Source of the DNA: a virus | Taxonomy: Duplodnaviria; Caudoviricetes | Direction: 5' to 3' (one strand) | Virus record (IMG/VR): IMGVR_UViG_3300017963_000371 | Location: 1 to 46,379 of that record | Length of the DNA stretch: 46,379 nucleotides | Shown: positions 6,660-15,997 of the stretch, piece by piece | Layout of the letters: every line of letters begins with the position of its first letter | Numbering within the stretch: the first letter of the stretch is position 1 | Position numbers and translations under genes: made by a program | The notes under the pieces: model-generated | The model's input: only the letters and a program-made list of their open reading frames with translations | What the model was told of the DNA's origin: nothing | Database searches by the model: none

Positions 6660-8186
6660 ATGCTAGATCTGAACATGGCGTCAAAAGAAGAACTACAAGA
6701 CCTAATGGCTCTGTGTTCAGTTTCTACAGAAGCGATGGCGAAGTTATTCTTTCCAAGACGCTTCACAGCAGAATTTTCACCTCTTCATCATGAGATCTTT
6801 GACGCTATAGATTCAAATGCACAAAAAATAGCTATCGCTGCTCCTCGTGGAATTGGCAAAACATCAATAGTGGGTCTAGCTCTTGCTGCTAGAAAAATCC
6901 TCTTCCAGCAATGTCATTATGTTCTCTATGTCTCAAAGAGTGCAGAGAATTCAATGATCCAAACAGAGAACCTAAAACGTGAGTTAATGGCTCATCATTT
7001 GGTAAGAGATCTTTTTGGAGGGATTAAATCCAAAACAAATGCAGTTATAGAAGAGACATTTTCTAAGAAAAGTTGGGTCGCCAGTATTGGAGCTAATCCT
7101 GATCCAGAGTCTTCGATTCTTATTCTTCCTCGTGGTTCTGGACAGCAGGTTCGTGGCTTACTTCATGCCAACTATCGACCAGATCTGATCATCGTCGATG
7201 ATCTTGAAGATCCAGATACAATCGAAAGTGATGAGCAGAGAGCAAAAAGAAAAAGTTGGTTTTGGGCTGATTTAGTCAAATGCGTTAGTCGTGTTAATCC
7301 TGATTATCAGATAGTCTATATTGACACACTAAAGCACGAAGATGCTCTTCTTCAGCATCTACTAGACAATTCAGGTTGGTTATCTATTCATCAAGAGTTA
7401 TGTGATGACTCCCTAAAATCCAATGCACCAACTCTGGTATCGGATGAAGAAATCAGGGCTGATTACGAATCCTACAAAGAAGATGGAGAGCTTGATGTTT
7501 GGTATAGAGAGAACAGAAACCTAGCTATCTCCAAAGAAGATGCTGTTTTTAAGTCAGAGTATTTTGACTACTACGAGCCATCTGAGTTAATAGCCTCTAA
7601 AGAGTACCGTCATCTTAGAACAGTAGTAATAGTTGACCCAGCTAAGACAGTTAAATTACATTCAGCAGATAGTGCTATTGTTGGAATTAGCGTTGATCTT
7701 CAAAATCACAAAATTTACCTTAGAGATGTGATTGCTGGAAAATTCTACCCAGAAGACATCTACAAGCAGAGTCTTCAGATGGTTAAAAATTTACGGGCGT
7801 GTACATTAGCGGTGGAGGTGACTAGTTTAAGTGAGTTCATCGTTCAGCCATTTAAGAACCAGATGCGTGTTGAGGGAGTATTTCCTCGCTTCATGGAGCT
7901 TAATGCTAGAGGAAAGAAAGAAGATCGTGTAGCAGCTCTTGCGCCTTACTATAGGCAGGGTTGGATTAAGCACAATAAGAATTGTTGTGATAAACTAGAG
8001 CAGCAGCTTTTGACTTTTCCTAGACCAAAGCTTTGGGATGTGATGGATGCATTTGCGTATATAGTTGAGCTTATGGAGAAGGACAAGGATTACTTTGATC
8101 CAGAAGACTTTGGTCTTGAGCCTGATGAAGAAGAGTACGATGATATCTATAATGAAGATAAGATGGATGATTGGAGGGTTTATTGA
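6660..8186 (+). CDS. terL: Terminase large subunit
   Basis: Walker A APRGIGKT, Walker B LIIVDDLE, RNase H-like nuclease VIVDPA and DVMDAFAY. Confidence 0.95.
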   Translation: MLDLNMASKEELQDLMALCSVSTEAMAKLFFPRRFTAEFSPLHHEIFDAIDSNAQKIAIAAPRGIGKTSIVGLALAARKILFQQCHYVLYVSKSAENSMIQTENLKRELMAHHLVRDLFGGIKSKTNAVIEETFSKKSWVASIGANPDPESSILILPRGSGQQVRGLLHANYRPDLIIVDDLEDPDTIESDEQRAKRKSWFWADLVKCVSRVNPDYQIVYIDTLKHEDALLQHLLDNSGWLSIHQELCDDSLKSNAPTLVSDEEIRADYESYKEDGELDVWYRENRNLAISKEDAVFKSEYFDYYEPSELIASKEYRHLRTVVIVDPAKTVKLHSADSAIVGISVDLQNHKIYLRDVIAGKFYPEDIYKQSLQMVKNLRACTLAVEVTSLSEFIVQPFKNQMRVEGVFPRFMELNARGKKEDRVAALAPYYRQGWIKHNKNCCDKLEQQLLTFPRPKLWDVMDAFAYIVELMEKDKDYFDPEDFGLEPDEEEYDDIYNEDKMDDWRVY

Positions 8187-8428
8187 TGCGACATGAGCTG
8201 AAACTGGAGTCCTGTTACTATATAGCTGCTTTAGACAGAGAGAAGACTTTTGAAGTGCGTTATAATGGTGATAGAGGTTTCCAGAAAGGTGATGTGGTGA
8301 AATTTAGAGAGTATAAAAAAGGACGTTATACTCTTAATAAATTCTACGCTACTATAACCTACGTAACTAATTATCACCAAAAAGAAGATTGGGTAGTTTT
8401 TGGTTTTCGTATTCATTCAGAGGAATAA
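8186..8428 (+). CDS. ASCH/DUF3850-domain protein
   Basis: HELK...KTFEVRYN.DRGFQKGD motif; TGATG-coupled to terL. Confidence 0.85.
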   Translation: MRHELKLESCYYIAALDREKTFEVRYNGDRGFQKGDVVKFREYKKGRYTLNKFYATITYVTNYHQKEDWVVFGFRIHSEE

Positions 8429-8431
8429 CTG

Positions 8432-8836
8432 ATGCCTACATTTAGACAGAAGCCGCTAGAGGTTGAAGCATTTCAGCTTACTCCAGATAATTACATTGCA
8501 GTAGAGCAGTGGCCGGAATGGTTAAGAGAGGCAGAGCAAAAGCATATGTCAGAAGTTGGCGCTATGTGGAGAAGGACTTCCAGCCATTGTAACCATCCTT
8601 GGATGATCAATACTCTTGAAGGTCAGCATGTTGCTTCTATGTATGATTACATAGTTCAAGGTGTTGAAGGTGAGATTTATCCCTGCAAGCCGCATATTTT
8701 TGAGCTGACGTATGAGATGGTGGAAGCGACTAAGGATCAAGAAGTTGTTACGGAAAACTTTAGGAAGCACATTAAAGAGATCTTTCCACTAGAAGGGCCT
8801 GAGAGTTTTAATGCTCCATGCTTTAGTGGTGGTTGA
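8432..8836 (+). CDS. Conserved phage protein (PGDYG-like)
   Basis: FRQKPLEVEAFQ...INTLEG...DYIVQGVEGEIYPCKPHIFELTYE. Confidence 0.8.
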   Translation: MPTFRQKPLEVEAFQLTPDNYIAVEQWPEWLREAEQKHMSEVGAMWRRTSSHCNHPWMINTLEGQHVASMYDYIVQGVEGEIYPCKPHIFELTYEMVEATKDQEVVTENFRKHIKEIFPLEGPESFNAPCFSGG

Positions 8837-8865
8837 GGTGATTGAATTTAGTCCGGGAGACTAAA

Positions 8866-9168
8866 ATGAAAAAGATAAAACTTCGTCCATATCCTGGTGT
8901 CCTTTGGGTTGCTAAGACGCAGAAAGCTTTTAAGAGGAAGCATAAGATCTTATTTTATCAAGAAGCTGAAGATGTGGGCTATGGGAAGATGGTTACAAAT
9001 GGCGAGCAGTATCTGATCTACGCTTCAAGCATCCCTATTCTTGTTCACGAGTTAAGTCATGCGGTAATTTATCTATTTGAACATGTTGGCATTCCAATTG
9101 ATCCAAAAAATGATGAAGCATTTTGCTATATGCTAGGACATCTGGTAGATAAAATAACTAAGGAGTAA
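8866..9168 (+). CDS. Small HEXXH zincin-like phage protein
   Basis: LVHELSHAV...NDEAFCY; GGGAG RBS before ATG 8866. Confidence 0.7.
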   Translation: MKKIKLRPYPGVLWVAKTQKAFKRKHKILFYQEAEDVGYGKMVTNGEQYLIYASSIPILVHELSHAVIYLFEHVGIPIDPKNDEAFCYMLGHLVDKITKE

Positions 9169-9173
9169 TTAAA

Positions 9174-9410
9174 ATGGACATTGCTAGTCAGCTATTTGAG
9201 TATGAAGGATGGGATGATATAGGTGATTCAGATTCGCAGTTTTATGATTGTGTACTAAAAGTTCCATTGTGCGGATTTCCTGCTGGCTCAAAGGTCGAAA
9301 TTGTTGTTCTGATCTTATCTGAGTCAAAATTGCAGATAATGGATCAGTATGCAGAAGAAGGAGAGTACAAAATTAATGAATCATGTAAATTAAAACTAAC
9401 TGCGGAGTAG
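9174..9410 (+). CDS. Hypothetical acidic protein
   Basis: AAGGAG RBS, in operon. Confidence 0.6.
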   Translation: MDIASQLFEYEGWDDIGDSDSQFYDCVLKVPLCGFPAGSKVEIVVLILSESKLQIMDQYAEEGEYKINESCKLKLTAE

Positions 9411-9417
9411 CTAACCT

Positions 9418-11406
9418 ATGCCCCCAAGATTAAATGGTTCCCTAACGCTCCAAGATCGCTTGGGGACAGCTAAGAGAAAAGATTATCCTCAGTATCGAGA
9501 GAGATATCCTGAAGGAGTTGAATTAAAACCAGGAACGAAAATACATGATAAGTTAGCAGCTATGATTTTAACTAGAGCTACTGACTCTCATACAGCCATT
9601 AGTCAGAGGTTCTCAACTTGGAATGACATAGACAAGACTCTAACTACCTATATTGATCTCTCAGCTAGTGACACCAAAACTCAAACAATCAACACCAAGA
9701 GAGCAGAGAAAAGACCTATCTCAATTGTCTTTCCTAACTCCTATGCCATTCTTGAGACAATGCTTTCTTACATGGTTATGGCATTTTTTCAAGATCCGAT
9801 CTTCCGCTATGTAGGAAATAATCCAGAAAGCGTCATAGGAGCTATGCTTATGGAGAGAGTTATTCAACAGCAATGTGAATACTCAAAAGTTCCATTAGCT
9901 CTTCATACAATGTTTCGTGATAACTTTGCTTATGGGATTGGTATTGCGGCACCTACATGGAAAGTTACTACTGGGAAGAAACCTATTGTTAGACCTGTAA
10001 CTGTACCAGGAGCACTTGGTGGGATGACTCAAGCTGGAAGAGAGATTGAATGGATTGATGCTACTCTTCACGAAGGTAATGCGTTAATCAACATCGACCC
10101 TTATCTATATCTTCCTGATCCTTCAGTAGCAGTTAATAATGTTCAAGACGGAGAGTTCGTAGGTTGGTTGAATTCAACTAACTTAATGAATCTGCTGTCT
10201 GAAGAACAGAACGATGATGACTTGTTTAATGTTAATTATCTTCGTCATGTAGAGACTGGTCAATCAAGCCTTTTGCAGGCAGATAATTCCAGACGAACAC
10301 AGAAAACTGGAGTTAACAAGAGAGATAGTGTCTCTAATACCTATAAAACCACTATTGACACTATCACACTCTATGTTAAGCTAATCCCCAGAGATTGGAA
10401 TCTTGGCGATTCTGACTACCCAGAGGTTTGGTTGTTTGAATTAGCTGCTGATAGTATTATTGTTCGGGCAAGAGAACTTGGTGATGCACAAGGTAAGTTT
10501 CCTATAGTAGTAAGTGCTAGCGAGAGCGATGGTTACAGCGCAACTCCTATAAGTCGGTTAGAAGTTCTTAATGGACTTCAAGATATTCTGAATTGGTTGT
10601 TCAACAGCCATATCGCCAATGTCAGAAAAGCACTAAATGACATGTTTATTGTCGATCCAGGGATAGTCAACATCAACGACCTCAAAGATCCAGAGCCAGG
10701 AAAGCTAATTAGAACTCGTAGACCTCACTGGGGTCAAGGTGTTCAACACGCGATTCAACAATTCCAGGTGCATGATGTGACTCGTGGCAACATGGCTGAT
10801 AGTCAGATCATCAGTCAACTAATGCAGAGTCTCAGCGGAACAGATAATCCAATGATGGGTAATCTAAGACAGGGCGGTCCTGAGAGATTAACTGGCGCTG
10901 AGTTTCAGGGAACAATGGCTGGTGCAGTTAGTCGCCTCGAGCGAGTAGCTAGACTTACTAGCTATCAAGCTCTTCAAGACATGGCTATGATGTTTGCATC
11001 TAATGTTCAGCAGTTTATGGATGAAGATGCTTACATTCAAACTGTCGGAAGTTGGCCTGAGAAGCTGTCTGAGAATTTTGGTGTTGGTCCAACTGATCCT
11101 ATTTCAGTCAGTCCATTTGATCTGATTATAGATTACAATGTTCGACCAAGAGATGGAAGCATTCCTGGTGGAAATTTCTCGCAGGCTTGGATTCAGCTTT
11201 ACCAGATCTTAGGAAATAGCCCTGAACTAGCTCAGCGTTTTGATATGGTGAGGATCTTTAAGCACATTGCTGTTAATCTTGGCGCAAAGAATGTTGATCG
11301 TTTTGAACGGCAAGAAGTGCCACAAGTAGCCGCTCAGCCAGATCAACAGGTGGCCGCTCAGGTTCAGCAAGGAAATCTAGCTCCGACTCAGGAGGTGCTT
11401 GGATGA
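9418..11406 (+). CDS. Portal protein
   Basis: 662 aa after TerL; YGIGIA, IDPYLYLPDP, MMG...RLTGAE motifs and a Gln-rich C-terminus typical of podoviral portals. Confidence 0.88.
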   Translation: MPPRLNGSLTLQDRLGTAKRKDYPQYRERYPEGVELKPGTKIHDKLAAMILTRATDSHTAISQRFSTWNDIDKTLTTYIDLSASDTKTQTINTKRAEKRPISIVFPNSYAILETMLSYMVMAFFQDPIFRYVGNNPESVIGAMLMERVIQQQCEYSKVPLALHTMFRDNFAYGIGIAAPTWKVTTGKKPIVRPVTVPGALGGMTQAGREIEWIDATLHEGNALINIDPYLYLPDPSVAVNNVQDGEFVGWLNSTNLMNLLSEEQNDDDLFNVNYLRHVETGQSSLLQADNSRRTQKTGVNKRDSVSNTYKTTIDTITLYVKLIPRDWNLGDSDYPEVWLFELAADSIIVRARELGDAQGKFPIVVSASESDGYSATPISRLEVLNGLQDILNWLFNSHIANVRKALNDMFIVDPGIVNINDLKDPEPGKLIRTRRPHWGQGVQHAIQQFQVHDVTRGNMADSQIISQLMQSLSGTDNPMMGNLRQGGPERLTGAEFQGTMAGAVSRLERVARLTSYQALQDMAMMFASNVQQFMDEDAYIQTVGSWPEKLSENFGVGPTDPISVSPFDLIIDYNVRPRDGSIPGGNFSQAWIQLYQILGNSPELAQRFDMVRIFKHIAVNLGAKNVDRFERQEVPQVAAQPDQQVAAQVQQGNLAPTQEVLG

Positions 11407-11612
11407 AGAAAGAGAATGACCTACGCATCATGTTTAATTCTGAAGGTTGGGATATTTATAGAACCTACTGGCAAGCGGAGATTAAGTCTATTCGTAATGA
11501 CCTAGAGAAACTTGATGATATTAAAGAGATTAAAAAGGCTCAGGGTCGCATTGACGCTATTCGCACTATGCTTTGTCCTGATACCAACTTCCACCTTATC
11601 TGCCAAGATTGA
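11403..11612 (+). CDS. Small conserved head-module protein
   Basis: ATGA overlap with portal, GGAGG RBS; F.SEGW...KAQGRIDAI pattern common between portal and scaffold. Confidence 0.7.
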   Translation: MKKENDLRIMFNSEGWDIYRTYWQAEIKSIRNDLEKLDDIKEIKKAQGRIDAIRTMLCPDTNFHLICQD

Positions 11613-11628
11613 CTGGAGTGAGCGTTGT

Positions 11629-13068
11629 ATGGTTATAGATTATGATTTTATTCATCAACTAGAAGGAGGTGTGTTAGCTGAAGGTTATGTACCTCAGCAG
11701 AATGGTGAAGCAATAGCGCAAAGTGGTGTGACTATTGGAGGAGGTATTGATTTAGGTCAGCAGAAGATTGAGGAGTTAGAGAATCTTGAGGTTGCTCCTG
11801 GTACATTAGCTAAGCTAAAACCATTCATTGGACTTCAGAAAGCTGATGCTATCGAAGCCCTAAAAGCATCTCCTTTAGTCTTAACTAACGAGGAAGCTGA
11901 AGAGCTAACTAAAAGGGTCATTGATCGCGATCTGGGAAAACTAAAATCACAGTACACGGAGCAAACTGGAGAGTCTTTTGACGATCTTCCAGCAGCAGCA
12001 CAGACTGTAGCTGCTTCACTAAATCACCAATACGGTAATCTTCCTTCAAAAACACCGAGATTTTGGAGCTTCTTAACTCAAGGCAAGCTGGATGAAGCAG
12101 TCGCAGAGCTTAAAGATTTTGGTGATAGATATCAATCACGACGACAGTCGGAAGCAGCTTTTTTAGAAAAAGGATTAAAAGAAATGGCAAAAGAAAAAAC
12201 TCCTGATGTAATAGATCAAACTGAGGATATGGTAGCTATGCTAGGCATAGAATCACCAGAAGAATTAGAAGAATTAGCGGTGGAAGAGCATGAAGATATT
12301 GGAGAAGAGCCACCTGAAAACGCTGAAGCAGATACGGAAGTTGACGAAGATGCAGATGATTCAGGTGTGGAAGAGGCTGGAGTGGCTGATGAGTCTGTGG
12401 ATGATTCTAATGAAGGAGATTCTGAAGATTCAGATAAAGAACCTGAACCAAAGGATCCAAAAGATGCTCAGATCGAAGCTCTTTTAACTCAGATACAAAG
12501 ACAAACAAACACGGTAGTAACTCCAGAAGTAGCTAAAGAAGAACCAGAAGCAGCACCTACTTCCAGTGAGGAAGAAGCTCCTTCACTTACTGAGTTCTTA
12601 GATAAACTTGACTTTGATGCGGCTCTCGAAGATCCAGACGCTTTTAAGCGCACGCTCGCTGAAGCCTTTTCTTTATCTCAGAAAGAAACCGTAGGTGCTC
12701 TTCAGAAAGTTGTCCCACAGACTGCTGCAACGACAGCCACTGAAGCTGTTAGAACGCAGCAGATGGTCAATCAGTTTTACGCTGAGAATAGTGACCTAGC
12801 AGAAAAGAAACAACTGGTTCAAATTGTAGCTCAGCAGATTGAATCTGATAATCCGAATACCCCCGTTGCAAAACTTTTGGAAGAAGCTGCCAAAGAAACT
12901 CGAAAACTTCTTGGCCTCCCGCCATTGAAGAAAACCCTTAAAGAGAAGCCTATACGAAAGAACAAAAAACCTGCTTTGCCTAAGCAGCAAGGCAAACGTA
13001 AAGCAACTCCAAAGAAGTTAACTAAACAACAAGAAATGATGATGGAGGTTTTGAACAGTTATGACTGA
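11629..13068 (+). CDS. Pesticin-like muramidase fused to capsid scaffolding protein
   Basis: IDYDFIHQLEG..GYVP..SGVTIGGGIDLGQ..SLNHQYG..Y.SRR.SEA, then an acidic linker, helical domain and Lys-rich tail; in-frame internal ATG 12184 with AGGA RBS. Confidence 0.8.
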   Translation: MVIDYDFIHQLEGGVLAEGYVPQQNGEAIAQSGVTIGGGIDLGQQKIEELENLEVAPGTLAKLKPFIGLQKADAIEALKASPLVLTNEEAEELTKRVIDRDLGKLKSQYTEQTGESFDDLPAAAQTVAASLNHQYGNLPSKTPRFWSFLTQGKLDEAVAELKDFGDRYQSRRQSEAAFLEKGLKEMAKEKTPDVIDQTEDMVAMLGIESPEELEELAVEEHEDIGEEPPENAEADTEVDEDADDSGVEEAGVADESVDDSNEGDSEDSDKEPEPKDPKDAQIEALLTQIQRQTNTVVTPEVAKEEPEAAPTSSEEEAPSLTEFLDKLDFDAALEDPDAFKRTLAEAFSLSQKETVGALQKVVPQTAATTATEAVRTQQMVNQFYAENSDLAEKKQLVQIVAQQIESDNPNTPVAKLLEEAAKETRKLLGLPPLKKTLKEKPIRKNKKPALPKQQGKRKATPKKLTKQQEMMMEVLNSYD

Positions 13069-14044
13069 AACAAGAATTAAACGAGAGCATAGGGAGCAGG
13101 TTCTCGATCAGGTTGCACACGTTAGTGATGCCAACAAAACGATGTATCCCTATGAGCATCGTGTAGAGATTACATTAACATCAACGACAAGCTCTACTGT
13201 TACTCCACCGAACGTAGATGAGGCTAGTGGAGAATATGTAGTTAAGCTAGTTAGTGTGGGTACTGGAAAAGTAACTGTTACTGGCATTGGGAATCTTGGT
13301 GCTGCTGGTAGTGAATTGCGGTTCTGGCCTGAAGCAGGTGAGTGGAAATCAAAAGTAACAACTGCTGGTTTGTTTGAAGTCTTTGACGACTTTACTGAGC
13401 AGACCTTGACAGAAGCAAATGGGCCTTGGATTGAGAATTCAGGAAGTGATGCTCAGGCTCTTGATCCTGCTATTAATGCTGCTGCTTGTGGTACAGTTAG
13501 ACTAGTAACAGGTAATGCTGACGGCACAACTGCTGCCGATGCTTCACAGATAGTTTGTCATCTTCCAATGACCGCTGCTGCAGGCGGTTTGTTTGGTGAA
13601 GTTCGACTTAAATGTGTTACTAATGTTGCCACTATGAGTCTGTTTGCTGGTTTTACTGATGTAACAACTCTTGAGGAACCATTTACTAACTCTGCTGATG
13701 TTATCACAAGTACAGCAAGTGACGCATTTGGTTTTCTTTATGACACTGATGCAACGACTGACACTTGGTGGACAGTGGCGGTAGATACTGATGTTGATGA
13801 TACAGGAAATGCAGCTATCACGGCTCTTCCGGTAGCAGATACGTATCAAGTATTGCGAGTAGAAAGTGACATTGCTGGAGACGTTCTTAAGTTTTATGTC
13901 GATGGCGTTCATGTAAAAACCCTCAGTGGTACAGGTGGTATTACTCCTGGAACTAGCCTGTATTTCACAGTGGTTGCTTGTGCTACTACTACGACTAGTA
14001 AGACTGTTGATATTGATTATATTAACATAGGACATTGCCGCTAA
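13061..14044 (+). CDS. Putative head decoration/fibre protein (beta-rich, lectin-like C-terminal domain)
   Basis: Thr/Ala/Asp-rich; FDDF...KFYVDG...DIDYI pattern; between scaffold and MCP. Confidence 0.55.
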   Translation: MTETRIKREHREQVLDQVAHVSDANKTMYPYEHRVEITLTSTTSSTVTPPNVDEASGEYVVKLVSVGTGKVTVTGIGNLGAAGSELRFWPEAGEWKSKVTTAGLFEVFDDFTEQTLTEANGPWIENSGSDAQALDPAINAAACGTVRLVTGNADGTTAADASQIVCHLPMTAAAGGLFGEVRLKCVTNVATMSLFAGFTDVTTLEEPFTNSADVITSTASDAFGFLYDTDATTDTWWTVAVDTDVDDTGNAAITALPVADTYQVLRVESDIAGDVLKFYVDGVHVKTLSGTGGITPGTSLYFTVVACATTTTSKTVDIDYINIGHCR

Positions 14045-14053
14045 GGAGGTTAA

Positions 14054-14689
14054 ATGAGTTTAATTGGACGCTTATTTAAGATGGGAATACAGGTTGAATA
14101 TGATCAACCTGTGACCTTCTTAAATGGAATAACAGCAGATATTACAGGTGATATTACAGGTGATATCACCGGAGATGTAACTGGAGATTTAACCGGAGAT
14201 CAGTCTGGAGGAACTGTAACTCCAACAAGTTTAATAAGAACCAGTGAATATGTGCAAGGTATTGCAGGAGCTAAGGCTGGTACTACTGCTGGTTGGACAG
14301 TACGAGCTGGAGATAACATCTCTCTTGCTACTTGTCCTGCTAGTCAAACTTCAGCTACTCTGGTTCTTCCAGTTACTGTTGATTTGAGAGTAGGTTGGAC
14401 AATTACAGGATTTAAGGTAATCGGTCAAATTGAGAGCGCTGGTAACACAGCAACTCTTGATGCCGATCTAAGAAAACACACTTCTGCTGCTGGTGATGTC
14501 GCTGATGCTAGTGTAGGGGCGATAACTCAAATTAGTGCAACAGAAGATACAGCAGTTGCAACTGCTAAAACGGGACTGAGCGAGGTCGTAGCGGCTGGTG
14601 AAACGTTCTATGTTCTCCTGACAGCAACTACAGCGGCTTCTACTGATGTCGCTCTTCAAGGTATAACTTTAACAGTAAGTGAGGTGTAA
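14054..14689 (+). CDS. Putative head fibre/decoration protein with GD[IVL]T repeats
   Basis: ADITGDITGDITGDVTGDLTGD; AAGGAGG RBS. Confidence 0.55.
   Translation: MSLIGRLFKMGIQVEYDQPVTFLNGITADITGDITGDITGDVTGDLTGDQSGGTVTPTSLIRTSEYVQGIAGAKAGTTAGWTVRAGDNISLATCPASQTSATLVLPVTVDLRVGWTITGFKVIGQIESAGNTATLDADLRKHTSAAGDVADASVGAITQISATEDTAVATAKTGLSEVVAAGETFYVLLTATTAASTDVALQGITLTVSEV
14138..14200 (+). repeat. 12-bp coding tandem repeat, about 5 copies (gatattacaggt)
   Basis: gatattacaggt gatattacaggt gatatcaccgga gatgtaactgga gatttaaccgga gat. Confidence 0.9.
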
Positions 14690-14692
14690 CTA

Positions 14693-15961
14693 ATGACTGT
14701 AATGTTAGGAATGCGTGGTAATGGTGATTGGGTAGATGACCAGAGGCCAAAGAGTTGGAGAGAAATGATTCTTCGTTTGTATCCAAATGGTTCAATGCCT
14801 TTGACTGGAATCACCAGTCAGATTGGTAGTGAAGCTTTGACAGATCCTGAGTTTAACTGGTGGACAAAAGCACTGGCTTCTCAGGGTGGTGCAGTAACAA
14901 ATGTCTACACCGACTCTGGAATGACTGCTGCTTATGTTAGTGGTGGAGTTGCTGGACAGGCTCTTTATGTTAAGTGTGCAGAAGCTGTCGCAGAGGAGAT
15001 TCGAGCTGGACATCAGGTTCTTTTGCGGGATGCCAGTGATTTGGATGTTGACGTGAACGCTAAGGTTACTAGTGTTCTGCTGAATGGAGCTAACTCACGA
15101 GTTAGCGTGAAGCTTTTAGAGGCTGATGACAATTCTTCTAATGGAGATCTGAGTGATTGTGATGCTATCCTTGTAGTTGGCAACATCAATGCTGAAGGGG
15201 CAGTAATGCCTGATCCTATTGCTTATAATCCTACAAAGATTTATAACTATAGCCAGATCTTTAGGACGCCCCTGAGCATGACGCGGACTGCCAAGAAGAC
15301 CAAACTGCGCACCGATGATCAGTGGGCAGAAGCCAAACGTGAGGCTCTTGAGCTGCATGGTATTGAAATGGAGAAGGCTTTTCTTTTTAGTATTGCTACA
15401 GAAGGGACCGGCTCTAATGGAAAGCCAGAGCGAACAACAGGAGGATTAGTTCAGGCTGTTAAGAGTTACGGCGTGAATGCTAACTATGTAACAGATGCTA
15501 ACTACGCTGGCAAGGCTTGGTTAACAGGTGGCGAGGAGTGGCTTGATTCTACTTTAGAGCAGATCTTCCGTTATGGTGAAGCTGAGAAAATGGCTATCTG
15601 TGGTTCTGGTACAATTCTTGGAATCAACCGTCTTGCAAAAGCCTCTGGTCAGCTTCAGCTAATGCCAACTACTTTGGCTTATGGCATTAGGGTGATGGAG
15701 TGGATTACTCCATTTGGTAGCATCTACATGAAAACACATCCGCTGTTCTCTTATGATGCAGCTACCCGAAACTCCATGCTTATCTTTGAGCCTAAGAATC
15801 TTAAGTATCGTTATATTGATGACACTAGGTACATTGATCAGAGTAATACTTCCACTGCTGATGGTGAGGAAGGTGAATATCTGACTGAGTGTGGTCTTGA
15901 GTATCACTTCCCTAATGGCTGGGGATGGTTGAACGGCTTTAATCAGGCTAATACTGTATGA
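14693..15961 (+). CDS. Major capsid protein (HK97 fold, DUF5309/SU10-like)
   Basis: NYSQIFRTPLSMTRTA, EMEKAFLF, RTTGGL, TPFG, LTECGLE motifs. Confidence 0.9.
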   Translation: MTVMLGMRGNGDWVDDQRPKSWREMILRLYPNGSMPLTGITSQIGSEALTDPEFNWWTKALASQGGAVTNVYTDSGMTAAYVSGGVAGQALYVKCAEAVAEEIRAGHQVLLRDASDLDVDVNAKVTSVLLNGANSRVSVKLLEADDNSSNGDLSDCDAILVVGNINAEGAVMPDPIAYNPTKIYNYSQIFRTPLSMTRTAKKTKLRTDDQWAEAKREALELHGIEMEKAFLFSIATEGTGSNGKPERTTGGLVQAVKSYGVNANYVTDANYAGKAWLTGGEEWLDSTLEQIFRYGEAEKMAICGSGTILGINRLAKASGQLQLMPTTLAYGIRVMEWITPFGSIYMKTHPLFSYDAATRNSMLIFEPKNLKYRYIDDTRYIDQSNTSTADGEEGEYLTECGLEYHFPNGWGWLNGFNQANTV

Positions 15962-15969
15962 TTCTATTA

Positions 15970-15987
15970 GGGAGGGGAAACCCTCCC
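15970..15987 (+). promoter_or_regulatory. GNRA-tetraloop hairpin after MCP (no U-tract)
   Basis: GGGAGGG-GAAA-CCCTCCC immediately before the AAGGAG RBS of the next gene. Confidence 0.7.
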
Positions 15988-15997
15988 AAGGAGTACT

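Noticed and set aside
13544-14035. Long antisense ORFs (also 21002-21352, 26622-27005, 27710-28159, 42379-42957)
   Set aside because: Shadows of well-supported genes on the other strand, no RBS or motifs
14138-14200. Tandem repeats as a CRISPR array
   Set aside because: 12-bp in-frame coding repeats without spacers; no cas genes
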